64,000 nucleotides of DNA from Promethearchaeia archaeon (GTDB lineage Archaea; Asgardarchaeota; Lokiarchaeia; Sigyniarchaeales; SOKP01), in assembly GCA_029856145.1 (NCBI GenBank), contig JAHQWK010000016.1:91264-155263 (forward strand), written 5' to 3'. The position numbers were made by a program, and so were the translations under genes. Of the stretch, positions 21,243 to 31,387 are shown in pieces. Position 1 is the first letter of the stretch. Every line of letters starts with the position of its first letter. The notes beneath the pieces were generated by a model. It worked only from the letters and a program-made list of their open reading frames with translations. It was not told where the DNA came from and searched no databases.

Positions 21243-21671
21243 TTAATTACTGAAAACTCTACTTATAAGTGTTTTTCCCGCCAATTGCCAATATTCTACT
21301 TGAGTTGTTGAGATGTTATCAGGATTAGCTTGAAGATCCTTTAATTTTTCTTTTAAGTTTTCGTCTTGAGGCCAATCTACATCCAACGATTCATATGACT
21401 CTAAATTCATAATATTAATCGAAGTATCCTCAATGAAGTTTATTTGAGCGTTTCCTTTCATAATTTCTGGCACTTCGACCATATGGCCACTCGGTATTGT
21501 GAGTGACCGTTTGTTATTATCAAATAAGCCTACACAAACAACACGGACCTTCGCGTGTCCGTGTTTTCCAGATTTCGACCTTTCAGTAGCTTTAATAATA
21601 CATGGTTCTTCATCAACCATGATATATTGTCCAGTTTTTAATTTTTGTATCTCTGTTCTTCTAATAGACAA
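21243..21671 (-). CDS. eif5a: Translation factor aIF-5A
   Basis: Hypusination motif SKSGKHGHAK. Confidence 0.95.
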   Translation of the reverse strand: MSIRRTEIQKLKTGQYIMVDEEPCIIKATERSKSGKHGHAKVRVVCVGLFDNNKRSLTIPSGHMVEVPEIMKGNAQINFIEDTSINIMNLESYESLDVDWPQDENLKEKLKDLQANPDNISTTQVEYWQLAGKTLISRVFSN

Positions 21672-21824
21672 TTACATTTACACCTTAGTTTATATATTTT
21701 TATCCAAATATTTTTAATTTTGACATTTCTTTTAATTTATGATATATTATATTTTTTCAAAAAAAAATATTAGTTTTTACTCACTATTTCAAATACCTAA
21801 AAAAAATTAATCACTGTTATAATA

Positions 21825-23198
21825 ATGGTTTTAGAAAAACTAGGAAGGTCATTGGATAACGCCATTAGAACTATCAGACGTTTGCCAAAAGTGGATAAAG
21901 ATGCAATTGACGCGTTGATCCAACAAATTCAGCGTGCATTGCTAGGATCCGATGTAAAAGTCGAATTAGTGTTTGAAATGACCGAAAATATCAGAAAAGA
22001 AGCAATGAATACTAAGCTTCAGAAAGTGAGAAGGAAAGATTTTGTGATTAAATTAATACACGATGAGCTTATAAAACTACTTGGAGGAAAACCCGCACCT
22101 ATAAGAATAAAGACAGGGAAAAAAAATGTAATTTTACTTGTGGGTATCCAAGGTTCGGGTAAAACTACAACAATTGCAAAATTAGCAAAATATTATAAAA
22201 GTAAAGGTTATAAAATCGCTGCGTTAACCACTGATACTTGGCGACCTGGAGCCTATGAGCAATTAGAACAATTGTCAGAACAAATAGGTGTCAAATGTTA
22301 TGGAAATCCTAATGAGAAAAATGCTATTAAGATAGCAATTCAAGAAACTAAAAAGGCGATAAATGATGGAAATGATATTATAATCGTCGATACTGCTGGA
22401 AGACATAAAGAAGAAAAAGAACTAATGAAAGAAATGGCAATTATAGAACAAAAACTAAAGCCAAATGAAATAATTTTAGTAATAGATGGTACTCTCGGTC
22501 AACAAGCATTCAACCAAGCCGAAGCGTTTGCTCAAACCACTAATTTAGGTTCAATTATAGTCACTAAATTAGATGGAACTGCGAAAGGAGGTGGTGCTTT
22601 ATCTGCATGTGCAGCTTCTAATGTGGGTATTAGATTCATAGGTATGGGTGAGAAAGTTGATGATTTTGAAGAATTTGAATCCTCAAAATTCGTAGGAACA
22701 CTACTAGGAATTCCTGATATTGAATCATTAGTTCAGAAGGTGCAAGAAGCTGAAGTAGATATAGAACCAGAGATGGTTAAAAGAATGATGCACGGGAAAT
22801 TTACTCTTGATGATTTATATCTGCAGTTGAAGAGCATTAAAAAAGTGGGAAAATTTAAACAAATTTTATCTATGATGGGTGGCGGAAATATCCCAGATGC
22901 ATTAAAGGAGGATGCTGAAGCTAATCTAGCGAAATGGGAAGTTGTTCTTAATTCTATGACACAACAAGAAAAAGATAATCCAAAAATCATTAAAAAGACT
23001 CGAAAAAGACGAATTGCAATTGGAAGCGGAACTCAATACTCTGTTATAAATAAAATGCTCGACCAATACAATGCTATGAAGAAATTTATGAAAAGATTTC
23101 TCCAAATGCAGAAGAAAGGGAAAGGGATGCCTGGGATGCCTGGACTTCCTGGTGGAAAAGGCGCAGCTGATTTTATGAAAAAGTTAGGTAAGTTTTAA
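21825..23198 (+). CDS. srp54: Signal recognition particle 54 kDa protein
   Basis: GIQGSGKTTT, DTAGRH, TKLDGTAKGGG, Met-rich M domain. Confidence 0.96.
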   Translation: MVLEKLGRSLDNAIRTIRRLPKVDKDAIDALIQQIQRALLGSDVKVELVFEMTENIRKEAMNTKLQKVRRKDFVIKLIHDELIKLLGGKPAPIRIKTGKKNVILLVGIQGSGKTTTIAKLAKYYKSKGYKIAALTTDTWRPGAYEQLEQLSEQIGVKCYGNPNEKNAIKIAIQETKKAINDGNDIIIVDTAGRHKEEKELMKEMAIIEQKLKPNEIILVIDGTLGQQAFNQAEAFAQTTNLGSIIVTKLDGTAKGGGALSACAASNVGIRFIGMGEKVDDFEEFESSKFVGTLLGIPDIESLVQKVQEAEVDIEPEMVKRMMHGKFTLDDLYLQLKSIKKVGKFKQILSMMGGGNIPDALKEDAEANLAKWEVVLNSMTQQEKDNPKIIKKTRKRRIAIGSGTQYSVINKMLDQYNAMKKFMKRFLQMQKKGKGMPGMPGLPGGKGAADFMKKLGKF

Positions 23199-23222
23199 AT
23201 TTATTTCCTATAACAACTAAAA

Positions 23223-23879
23223 TTGAGTATTTTGGTCAATTTCTTATTATTATTTGAAAAAATTATCAATTACTCTAAAAAGGATATTGATAAGGGAAAA
23301 ACTCCTCTTAATGTTTATAAGATTTGCTCTTGTATTAGAGAAACATTTTGTCTATCTTATGCTATAAGAAAAGACAATGTTTTATATCTTTATTTTCAAA
23401 AAGAGCATGTTTTAATTAAATTTGAAGGGCAAACATTACGATTTTTAGGCCCTGATGAGAGGTCTCAAGCAATATTAATAAAAAAGGCTTTAAATAAAAT
23501 CTACGAAAAATTCGATAATGAGAATAATAAATGGGTAAAATCAACTCCAGGAATTTTTGGTAAAAGGTTTTCTAATAATCTCGAATTTATTGAATTTTTT
23601 ACTTCAATATCCAATAGAAAAAATAATCTTATAATAGACGCTTATCAAAGTTTAGGGGAAAAAATAAATTTAGTGAATTTAGATAAATTTTTCTGCCCAA
23701 TCAATGAATTGGACTTCTTTATCATTCCAACTTATAACAACCTAAATAATAATACGAATATAATAGAGATGTTCAAAGAATTAAAAACCATTAATATTAT
23801 TTCTCTTTCAATGATAAAATCTATAGAAGATAAAATTTTATATATTAATTTTCGAAAAGATCAACAAAGCACTTTATAG
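23223..23879 (+). CDS. Divergent TrmY-like SPOUT protein (tRNA pseudouridine-54 N1-methyltransferase family)
   Basis: LSYAIRKD and LGPDERS, KSTPGI motifs of TrmY; follows srp54; C-terminal SAM-binding knot is poorly conserved. Confidence 0.6.
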   Translation: MSILVNFLLLFEKIINYSKKDIDKGKTPLNVYKICSCIRETFCLSYAIRKDNVLYLYFQKEHVLIKFEGQTLRFLGPDERSQAILIKKALNKIYEKFDNENNKWVKSTPGIFGKRFSNNLEFIEFFTSISNRKNNLIIDAYQSLGEKINLVNLDKFFCPINELDFFIIPTYNNLNNNTNIIEMFKELKTINIISLSMIKSIEDKILYINFRKDQQSTL

Positions 23880-23883
23880 AAAT

Positions 23884-25287
23884 TTGGACATTATGATTTT
23901 AAAAAACGCTAAAATTTATTCTGAAGGATTAATACGTAAAGGAATTCTACTTATTAACAACGGTGTTATAGCTGAAATTAAATTCAAACAAAAAGATAAA
24001 GATTTAGAAACGGTTGTGAAAAAAAATCAAGATGGAAAAGAAATCGACTGTGAAAATAAATTAATTTTACCTGGAATAATAGATATTCATTCTCATTTGC
24101 GAGATATGGGTCAAAGCGAAAAGGAAACATTTTTAACGGGAACTAAGGCAGCTGCTTTTTCAGGAATTACAACAGTTTTCAATATGCCTAATACAATACC
24201 TCCAGCGATTACATCAGATCAAATTAAATTATGGATGGAAAAAGCCGAGAGTAATATTTATGTGGATGTTGGATTCATTGCAGGAGTTCCTAAAGAAATT
24301 AATGAAGATGAGGTTAAACTTATTATTGATTTAGGAATTATTGGATTTAAAATTTACTCTCTTGATTCTATTAATGATATTGATTGGAAAGATCCAAAAA
24401 ATCTTCACAATCTTTTTGATATTTCATCTAAATTCCAAATTCCTATTTTTATACATGCATCTTATCCATTATCTGAAGAACAAAAAGAACAAAACAAACA
24501 AGAATTTAATTTAAAGCAGGGAAGTATTTTAGAATATCACAATAGGTTTGATCCAGTTATAACAGAAGAGAAGTATGTTAAATTTGTTATCGAAAATTAC
24601 AAAGAATATATTGATGTCAATCATTTAAATCCCAGATTTTATCCAAAAATCCATTTTTGTCATGTGAGTTGTATTGAAAGTTATTTAGCAATTAAAAGAA
24701 CACAGACTTCAAATAAAAATCTAAAAATAAGTTTTGAAGTTACTCCGCATCATCTACTTTTATCGAATAAAATCAAATTAAATAATGAGAATTTTGGTAA
24801 AGTCTTACCTCCTTTAAGAAAAGAAGAACATCATAAATTTCTTTTCAATGAGTTAAGGAAAGGCAATATCAAGTTAATAGGAACTGATCATGCGCCACAT
24901 ACATTAGAAGAAAAAGCTCAAAAATATTTCGATGCTCCTTCTGGATTCCCGGGTTTTGAAACCTATCCATTATTGATGCTCAATAGAGTATTTAATTTCC
25001 AACTTTCTTTAGAAAGATTCGTTGAAGTAGCCTCAGAAAATCCTGCAAAAATTTTCAATCTAAGGAATAAAGGTTTTATTAAAGAAGGATTTGATGCGGA
25101 TTTAGTTATTGTTGATAAAGTGTCTGATTATATGATTGATCCTCAGAATTTTAAAACTAAAGCAAAATTTTCTCCTTATGAAAAATTTAGAACAAATGTT
25201 CAAATCTGGAAAGTATTTCTAAGAGGAATTGAAATTAATATTGAAGATTCTATACCAACTGGAAAAATTATCAAAAAGGAGTTATAA
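23884..25287 (+). CDS. pyrC: Dihydroorotase
   Basis: PGIIDIHSHLR, MPNT, EVTPHHL, PPLR, TDHAPH. Confidence 0.9.
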   Translation: MDIMILKNAKIYSEGLIRKGILLINNGVIAEIKFKQKDKDLETVVKKNQDGKEIDCENKLILPGIIDIHSHLRDMGQSEKETFLTGTKAAAFSGITTVFNMPNTIPPAITSDQIKLWMEKAESNIYVDVGFIAGVPKEINEDEVKLIIDLGIIGFKIYSLDSINDIDWKDPKNLHNLFDISSKFQIPIFIHASYPLSEEQKEQNKQEFNLKQGSILEYHNRFDPVITEEKYVKFVIENYKEYIDVNHLNPRFYPKIHFCHVSCIESYLAIKRTQTSNKNLKISFEVTPHHLLLSNKIKLNNENFGKVLPPLRKEEHHKFLFNELRKGNIKLIGTDHAPHTLEEKAQKYFDAPSGFPGFETYPLLMLNRVFNFQLSLERFVEVASENPAKIFNLRNKGFIKEGFDADLVIVDKVSDYMIDPQNFKTKAKFSPYEKFRTNVQIWKVFLRGIEINIEDSIPTGKIIKKEL

Positions 25288-25346
25288 AGTATATATGTCT
25301 AAACGTTATAATAATACATAAAATAGTTGATTATTGGGACATTAAA

Positions 25347-25979
25347 ATGCCTAGTGAAGAAGAATTTAGCTTAGAAGAGGGTATAACCTTATTAAATTTC
25401 ACTCGAGAAAATATCGAATTCTATTTAAAAAATAATAGACGTATCCTCATTCCGGATAAAATAAAAGAAAAATTTTCGAATAAATATGGGGCTTTTGTTA
25501 CATTAAACAGATATAACGTTTCAGGCAACCCATTAAGAGGTTGTATTGGTTATATAGAACCTACTTATTCTTTATATGACGTGATTCATAAGGTTTCAAT
25601 TAGTTCTGCTACAGAAGATCCACGATTTCCTTCAGTATCGCTTGATGAAATGGATAATATAGTAATTGAACTTTCAATTTTAACTCCTCCTAAATTGCTT
25701 GAAGTGGATGATCCAAAGGAATATATTGGTAAAATAGTAATTGGAAGAGATGGGCTTATAGCTGAAAAGGGAATGAGAAGAGGCCTACTTCTTCCTCAAG
25801 TTCCTGTAGATCATGGAAGAAATTGGGATGTCGAGACTTTTCTTTCTCAAACTTGTTCAAAAGCTTGGCTAGATAGCAATGCATGGAAAGAAAAAAGTAC
25901 GAAAATATATTCTTTTCAAGCTATTCTTTTCGAGGAAAAAGAACCACGCGGTGAAGTAGTAAGAAAGTATCTCAACTAA
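25347..25979 (+). CDS. AMMECR1 domain protein
   Basis: GAFVTL, LRGCIG, DPRF, GLLLPQV. Confidence 0.93.
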   Translation: MPSEEEFSLEEGITLLNFTRENIEFYLKNNRRILIPDKIKEKFSNKYGAFVTLNRYNVSGNPLRGCIGYIEPTYSLYDVIHKVSISSATEDPRFPSVSLDEMDNIVIELSILTPPKLLEVDDPKEYIGKIVIGRDGLIAEKGMRRGLLLPQVPVDHGRNWDVETFLSQTCSKAWLDSNAWKEKSTKIYSFQAILFEEKEPRGEVVRKYLN

Positions 25980-26078
25980 ATAAATAATGCCCTTCTTATA
26001 AAATAGAAAACTTTTAGAATATTTTGTATAAGTAAAAGATAATCTATTAAAAAAAAAAAACCCAAGATTTAAAGATAA

Positions 26079-26819
26079 TTAATGAAGATGTTGATGGATT
26101 TGTCTATTATTTAATGATTTTAATGCAATTTTGGTTGATTCCTCTGCTTGTTGCTTTGTAACCATTCCAATTGTCACAGCACAAATATTATGATTGGCAA
26201 TATATTGAAACGCTATATCCGGTTTAATTTCTCCTGCTGCTAGAGTTTTCATTCCTACATAATAAAAATCATTTGTATTATCAACAATTTCTTCTAATTC
26301 TTTCGCGTTTCCCATTAAAAATCCATTTGCATTAAAGGGTATTAAAAATACTCTTACATTTAAAGAATTTTGAATACAATATTTAATTGTTGGAATTGGA
26401 TCATGAGTTGCGATTCCTGAAATTATTCCATAACCCGATATTTCATCTAAGAGTCTCAACAAATCTGTTCCTTTATTATCAGAAATCATACCATGAACGA
26501 ATATTATTTTTGCTCCCTTTTCGATTAAGATTTCAATTTTAGGATCTACACCTGGATAGGTAGATCCCGTTATCACATAATCACTATAAATTTCACTCAT
26601 TATTTGGGCCGCTTCCATAATTTTTCCACTAGGTATTACCTCAATCCCACGAGCACCTTTCGCATAGCTAGTTTCTAAAATCTCCAACATTGCCTTTGGG
26701 TTATTTAAAAATTTTCTACGCCATTCAAATGTGTTATACCCAAATTGTCCGGCTCCAATAAAGGGAGACGTTCCCACAGAAACTAGTGGGATATCAATAT
26801 CATCAATTTTACAAAAAAT
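26079..26819 (-). CDS. Hypothetical TIM-barrel protein (aldo/keto-reductase-like); probable ATT start at 26819
   Basis: GTSPF, GIATH, PFN..G, GMKTLAAG; frame stays open 5' of the annotated GTG (26777) as IFCKIDDIDIPLVSV, downstream of GAAGGGG. Confidence 0.6.
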   Translation of the reverse strand: MFCKIDDIDIPLVSVGTSPFIGAGQFGYNTFEWRRKFLNNPKAMLEILETSYAKGARGIEVIPSGKIMEAAQIMSEIYSDYVITGSTYPGVDPKIEILIEKGAKIIFVHGMISDNKGTDLLRLLDEISGYGIISGIATHDPIPTIKYCIQNSLNVRVFLIPFNANGFLMGNAKELEEIVDNTNDFYYVGMKTLAAGEIKPDIAFQYIANHNICAVTIGMVTKQQAEESTKIALKSLNNRQIHQHLH

Positions 26820-26990
26820 TTTGACCCCTTCTTTAAATATTAGTTAATTTAATTTAAATTTGATAAGTGATTATTATAAAGCGAATTATAAAATTTTTAG
26901 TCAAGAATCATATAAATACATAAACAATATTATTCATAAAATATAATAGAAAATCAATTTAGATTCTTATTTTTTGAAGAGGAGATAAGA

Positions 26991-29069
26991 ATACCACAAA
27001 TTAATGGCGTTATTTGTAATACTTTAACCTTCTATAATCAAGATTTTGAAATCATCACAAGCCTTAATTCACTTCTTATACGCCATATTCTTACAAATGA
27101 AGCAAATTGTCTTCTTCTTTTTGGTAGGATGGGTGAAGGAAATCTATTTTCTGCGACAGAAAAAATAAAACTAATAGAATTAGTATTAGAAATTACAGAG
27201 AAGAAAATTCCTATTCTTATGGGTTTTTATAGTGATAAGGTCGATGATTTAATACAACAGATTGAAAATTTGGGTAAAAAATTTGAATCTCTAAGTTTTA
27301 TGATTACTCCTCCAATATCTGGAAAAACCTCTCAAGATGAAATAAAAGCTTATTTCGAAAATATTTTGGGTTCTATTACTTCTAAAAATCAGATCTATTT
27401 GATTAATAATCCACTACTATTCAGTGGAAATGAACTTGAACCAAGTTTACTAAAAAATATGATGGAATTCCCTAATTTGAAAGGAATAATTGATTCTTTT
27501 TATAATATTAAAAACTCTAAAGCCTATATTCAAAATTTGAATAGCGAGTTCTCTGTTATTTGTGGGATGGAGGAAAAATTTCAAACATTTCTGCAACTTA
27601 TTCCATTAAACATGAGAAAATACTGTGGAATTCTCTCTAGTCTTAGTAATTTAGTTAATATGTACTCAAAGTTATATAGTTATGCTATAGAAGATAACCT
27701 TTTAGAAATTCTACAATTACAAGAACAGATAAACGATATTGGAAATAAAATATATGAAGTTAGAACTAATGAAGTTAAAAAGAAAATTGGGTTGGAATAT
27801 GCGTTCCTACACCTATATAAAGACTCAATATCAAGAACTAATGCTGATATAAATCATTTTTATGAAGAATTGGAAACTCAAATTGATCCAATAAGTAAAG
27901 GAAGAATCGAGGCTACTATGAATTCTTTACTAAATAGTAAACAGATTTATCAACTCTATTTTCTCGGTAAAAAAGATCTTTACCAATTTGATGAAATCAT
28001 TAATACTTTTTCAAATATCGATGTTTTAGTTGAACAAGGTAAAGTAAAAAAAATTAAAGGTCCTTACATTGCTGATTCCAATACTCTGTATAGAGTGAAT
28101 TTTGAAAATAGTCAATTAGTCTTCAGATTTCGTACAAGTCAATTTTTCAAAAGTGAAAATTTAATCAAAGAAAAACTTTTATATCCATTTTTAGATAAAA
28201 CTTTAAGTTCTAATGATATTGATTTGAGGCAGAAAGTAAAAGAAATCATTAGTACTAAAACAGGGTCATATCTCTTCAATAAGGAAAAACTTCCGATCAT
28301 TCCTGTATGTGATTTAATTTACTATGATGAGACTAAGGAAATAGTTCCTTATGCTTTCTCAGTAAATGAATATATTCGAGGGAAGCCTTTATTTCAACTT
28401 ATTAATCAATATATCAGTGAAGGAAAAAATTTGTATGCAAAGAAATTTTTAGATTTATTCAGTAATTTAGGTGAACATTTAGGATGTTTACACATGATAA
28501 AATTTGATTCATTTTATAAGAATATTAGCAATATTGGTAAAACACCTAAAAATTCTTATTCAGATTATTTTGAAAGTGAATTTGAGCAAAGACTCCAAGA
28601 AGCGAAAAAAAATAAAATAGATTTCTGCGATGAAATTAGGGCTTTCTATCGAGATAATAATTCATTAATCGAAGAAGAAAATGATTACGTTCTTTTACAT
28701 AATGATTTTAAAAGTCAAAATATTATCGTTAAAGAGGAGTTAGGTGTCATAAAAATTAACGGTATTGTGGATTTTGATAATTGGTGTGTTGGTAGCCGAG
28801 CTCAAGACTTCATTAAAATTGATTATTTGATTTTAAAACCTTTAAATAATCCCTCATTTTATAGCTCTTTTTATAATTCATATTCGAAATTTTACACAAT
28901 AGATAAAGATTTTAAGAAAAAAATTGAATTGTATAAGTTACTCTGGCTTTTAAATGAATATAATTTTGAATCAAAATTAATAAGAAAGTCAGATCAGATG
29001 GATCTTATTAGTACACCGTCGTTATTATTAGAAAATTATTTATTTGAAATAAAAGCAATAATTCGATAA
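26991..29069 (+). CDS. Fusion of degenerate DHDPS/NAL-family aldolase barrel and APH/choline-kinase-family phosphotransferase; probable ATA start
   Basis: N-terminal IPQINGVI...FGRMGEG...KIPILMG aligns with the DapA family; C-terminal LHNDFKSQNI and IVDFD kinase motifs; GAGGAG at 26979-26984. Confidence 0.75.
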   Translation: MPQINGVICNTLTFYNQDFEIITSLNSLLIRHILTNEANCLLLFGRMGEGNLFSATEKIKLIELVLEITEKKIPILMGFYSDKVDDLIQQIENLGKKFESLSFMITPPISGKTSQDEIKAYFENILGSITSKNQIYLINNPLLFSGNELEPSLLKNMMEFPNLKGIIDSFYNIKNSKAYIQNLNSEFSVICGMEEKFQTFLQLIPLNMRKYCGILSSLSNLVNMYSKLYSYAIEDNLLEILQLQEQINDIGNKIYEVRTNEVKKKIGLEYAFLHLYKDSISRTNADINHFYEELETQIDPISKGRIEATMNSLLNSKQIYQLYFLGKKDLYQFDEIINTFSNIDVLVEQGKVKKIKGPYIADSNTLYRVNFENSQLVFRFRTSQFFKSENLIKEKLLYPFLDKTLSSNDIDLRQKVKEIISTKTGSYLFNKEKLPIIPVCDLIYYDETKEIVPYAFSVNEYIRGKPLFQLINQYISEGKNLYAKKFLDLFSNLGEHLGCLHMIKFDSFYKNISNIGKTPKNSYSDYFESEFEQRLQEAKKNKIDFCDEIRAFYRDNNSLIEEENDYVLLHNDFKSQNIIVKEELGVIKINGIVDFDNWCVGSRAQDFIKIDYLILKPLNNPSFYSSFYNSYSKFYTIDKDFKKKIELYKLLWLLNEYNFESKLIRKSDQMDLISTPSLLLENYLFEIKAIIR

Positions 29070-29184
29070 CTTAATTCTTAACAAAAGACTAATTAGAAAT
29101 TTTGAATTTCACTAAATGAATCTATTATTTAGAAAATGATATTTATTATCTCAATTTTGCTTCTTAAAAAGAATAAAGTTAAAC

Positions 29185-30102
29185 ATGCCTAGATTTAAAA
29201 AAGAATTAGAATTAGCAATCGAATTAGTCCGTAAAGCAACACAGATTGCAGAATGGTTTAGTAAAAAAGGATTCGAATCCTTTTTAAAGTTAGATCAATC
29301 GCCAGTTACATTAGCAGATTTTGCATCTCAAATATATATAGTATCCCAGTTAAAGGAATACTTCCCGGATGATGAAATAATAGCAGAAGAAGAAAATATT
29401 GATTTAATAAATATTAAAGCAGAAGATCTGATAAAACAATGCTTCAATGAATTAAATTTAAAAAAATTAAAAAACGTAAAAGAAAATATTAGATTTCGAG
29501 GTAAATCTTCTGAGCGTCAATGGACAGTAGATCCCATTGATGGTACGATTGGATACCAAAAGGGACTGTCTTATGCGGTAGGTATTGGATTTATGATAAA
29601 ATCAAACCCTAAAGTATGTGCTATTGCAGTGCCAAACTATAATGAAAAACTATTAGCTATTTTCACTGCGGAGGAAGGTCAAGGATCTCAAGTTTCCTAT
29701 AATAATAAGAATTTTAATCCAATTAGAGTCAGTCAAAATGAAAATTTACATATGATTCGTTTATGCCATTCTTTACATTATGATCAACCTTGGGTTCTTA
29801 ATTTTGCAAAAAAAATTGGTATAAGGAAATTTATTCAAATTGACAGCATGGCAAAATTTTGCAAGGTAGCTGAAGGAACTGCTGACCTTTATATTAAACC
29901 TTTAGATGCGGTACATTCATTTACATGGGATTTTATGCCAGGAGATTTGATTGTAAAGGAAGCAGGAGGAAATGTCACAGACATTAATGGTGAACACTTA
30001 AAGTTTAAAAAAGAAAAATGTTTATGGACTGCACCTGGTATTGTTGCTTCAAATGGTATCCTTCATAAAAAAATTTTAGAATTATATCAAAGTAATCACT
30101 AA
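29185..30102 (+). CDS. Inositol monophosphatase family protein, 3'(2'),5'-bisphosphate nucleotidase (HAL2/CysQ-like)
   Basis: SPVTLADFASQ, AEEE, VDPIDGT, WD..G..IVKEAGG. Confidence 0.88.
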   Translation: MPRFKKELELAIELVRKATQIAEWFSKKGFESFLKLDQSPVTLADFASQIYIVSQLKEYFPDDEIIAEEENIDLINIKAEDLIKQCFNELNLKKLKNVKENIRFRGKSSERQWTVDPIDGTIGYQKGLSYAVGIGFMIKSNPKVCAIAVPNYNEKLLAIFTAEEGQGSQVSYNNKNFNPIRVSQNENLHMIRLCHSLHYDQPWVLNFAKKIGIRKFIQIDSMAKFCKVAEGTADLYIKPLDAVHSFTWDFMPGDLIVKEAGGNVTDINGEHLKFKKEKCLWTAPGIVASNGILHKKILELYQSNH

Positions 30103-30116
30103 AATAATAATTTAAA

Positions 30117-31205
30117 TCAAATGAGCGCATAATTTAACAAATTTGTTTGTCGAGCTTTTTGATTTCTTTCTAAACTTGACAATTTAACTCCTACAAGCCT
30201 AACCTTTTTTTTATTATTTGAAAATTCTCTAAATAAATGCAAAATAATACTTAATACATATTTTTCATCTTGAATATGAAAAGGAAGAGTTTTTGAACGA
30301 GTATAAGTCTGAAAACCTTCAAATCTTATCTTTAAAGTGACGGTTTTGTAAGTGATCTGGTGCTTTATTATTGATTTATGTATTTTTTTATTAATTTCTT
30401 CAAATTTTGATAATAATTCATTAAAATTATCAGTATCCGTATAAAAGGTTCTTTCTGCGCTGATAGATTTTCTTTCTTCATGAAATTCTTTTACTTTACG
30501 ATTATCTAAGCCATTTGCGACATTCCAGATCCATCTCCCATGCTTTCCAAATAACTCTATCATTTTATGTAAAGGTGTATTTATGATATCTCCAATTTTT
30601 TTTATTCCGTTTTTATAGAAATATACTTTAGTTTTCTTACCGATGCCCGGAATGCGAGTAATATCCATATCTTTTAAAAAATTAGAAGTATTCTCAGGTT
30701 TTACAACAGTGACACCATTAGGTTTATTTTCATCAGAAGCAATTTTAGCTAAGGATTTTGTAGGTGCGATACCTATTGAGATTGTAATACCAACCTTTTC
30801 TAAGACTTCTTTCTGAATATCTTTGGCAATTCTTTCAGCTTCCTCATAATTTTTAGCTTTTTCTGTTAATTCTAAATATGCTTCATCTGCTCCTACTCTC
30901 TGGAATTCATTACTATAATTCTCAAGAATCTCCATTACTTCTTTAGACACTTTTAAATATTTTTTACCATTTGGTTTTAGATAAATCCCATGAGGACATC
31001 TTCTATAAGCTTGAGATATAGGCATAGCTGAATGCAGTCCATATTTCCTAGCCTCATAATTACAAGTTGCTATTACCCCTCTTCCTTTACCTTCTTTTGG
31101 ATCTGCTCCTATTATAACTGGTTTATCTTTATATTGTGGGTTATCCCTTATTTCTACAGCCGCAAAAAAACAATCAAGATCACAATGTACAATAAGACGA
31201 TTCAT
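30117..31205 (-). CDS. dinB: DNA polymerase IV (Y-family, DinB)
   Basis: HCDLDCFFAAVE, YEARKYG, DEAY, AKIASD..KPNG; C-terminal QTNLLNY PIP-like motif. Confidence 0.95.
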   Translation of the reverse strand: MNRLIVHCDLDCFFAAVEIRDNPQYKDKPVIIGADPKEGKGRGVIATCNYEARKYGLHSAMPISQAYRRCPHGIYLKPNGKKYLKVSKEVMEILENYSNEFQRVGADEAYLELTEKAKNYEEAERIAKDIQKEVLEKVGITISIGIAPTKSLAKIASDENKPNGVTVVKPENTSNFLKDMDITRIPGIGKKTKVYFYKNGIKKIGDIINTPLHKMIELFGKHGRWIWNVANGLDNRKVKEFHEERKSISAERTFYTDTDNFNELLSKFEEINKKIHKSIIKHQITYKTVTLKIRFEGFQTYTRSKTLPFHIQDEKYVLSIILHLFREFSNNKKKVRLVGVKLSSLERNQKARQTNLLNYALI

Positions 31206-31387
31206 TTTTTAACTAAGGAGAGTCAATTGATTTTAAATTGTATTTAACAAATGTGATATTTAAGTTTACTATTTAAAAAAATAGACTTTTAAGAATTAAT
31301 GTAAATAGTAAATATCTATAATTTAAAGGAAAATCAAGGAATATAATTTTCAAAATATATATTAATTGAATTTTAATTATTAAATTT

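Noticed and set aside
23120-23160. Short tandem repeat GGGATGCCT
   Set aside because: Encodes the ordinary GMPGMPG low-complexity tail of SRP54
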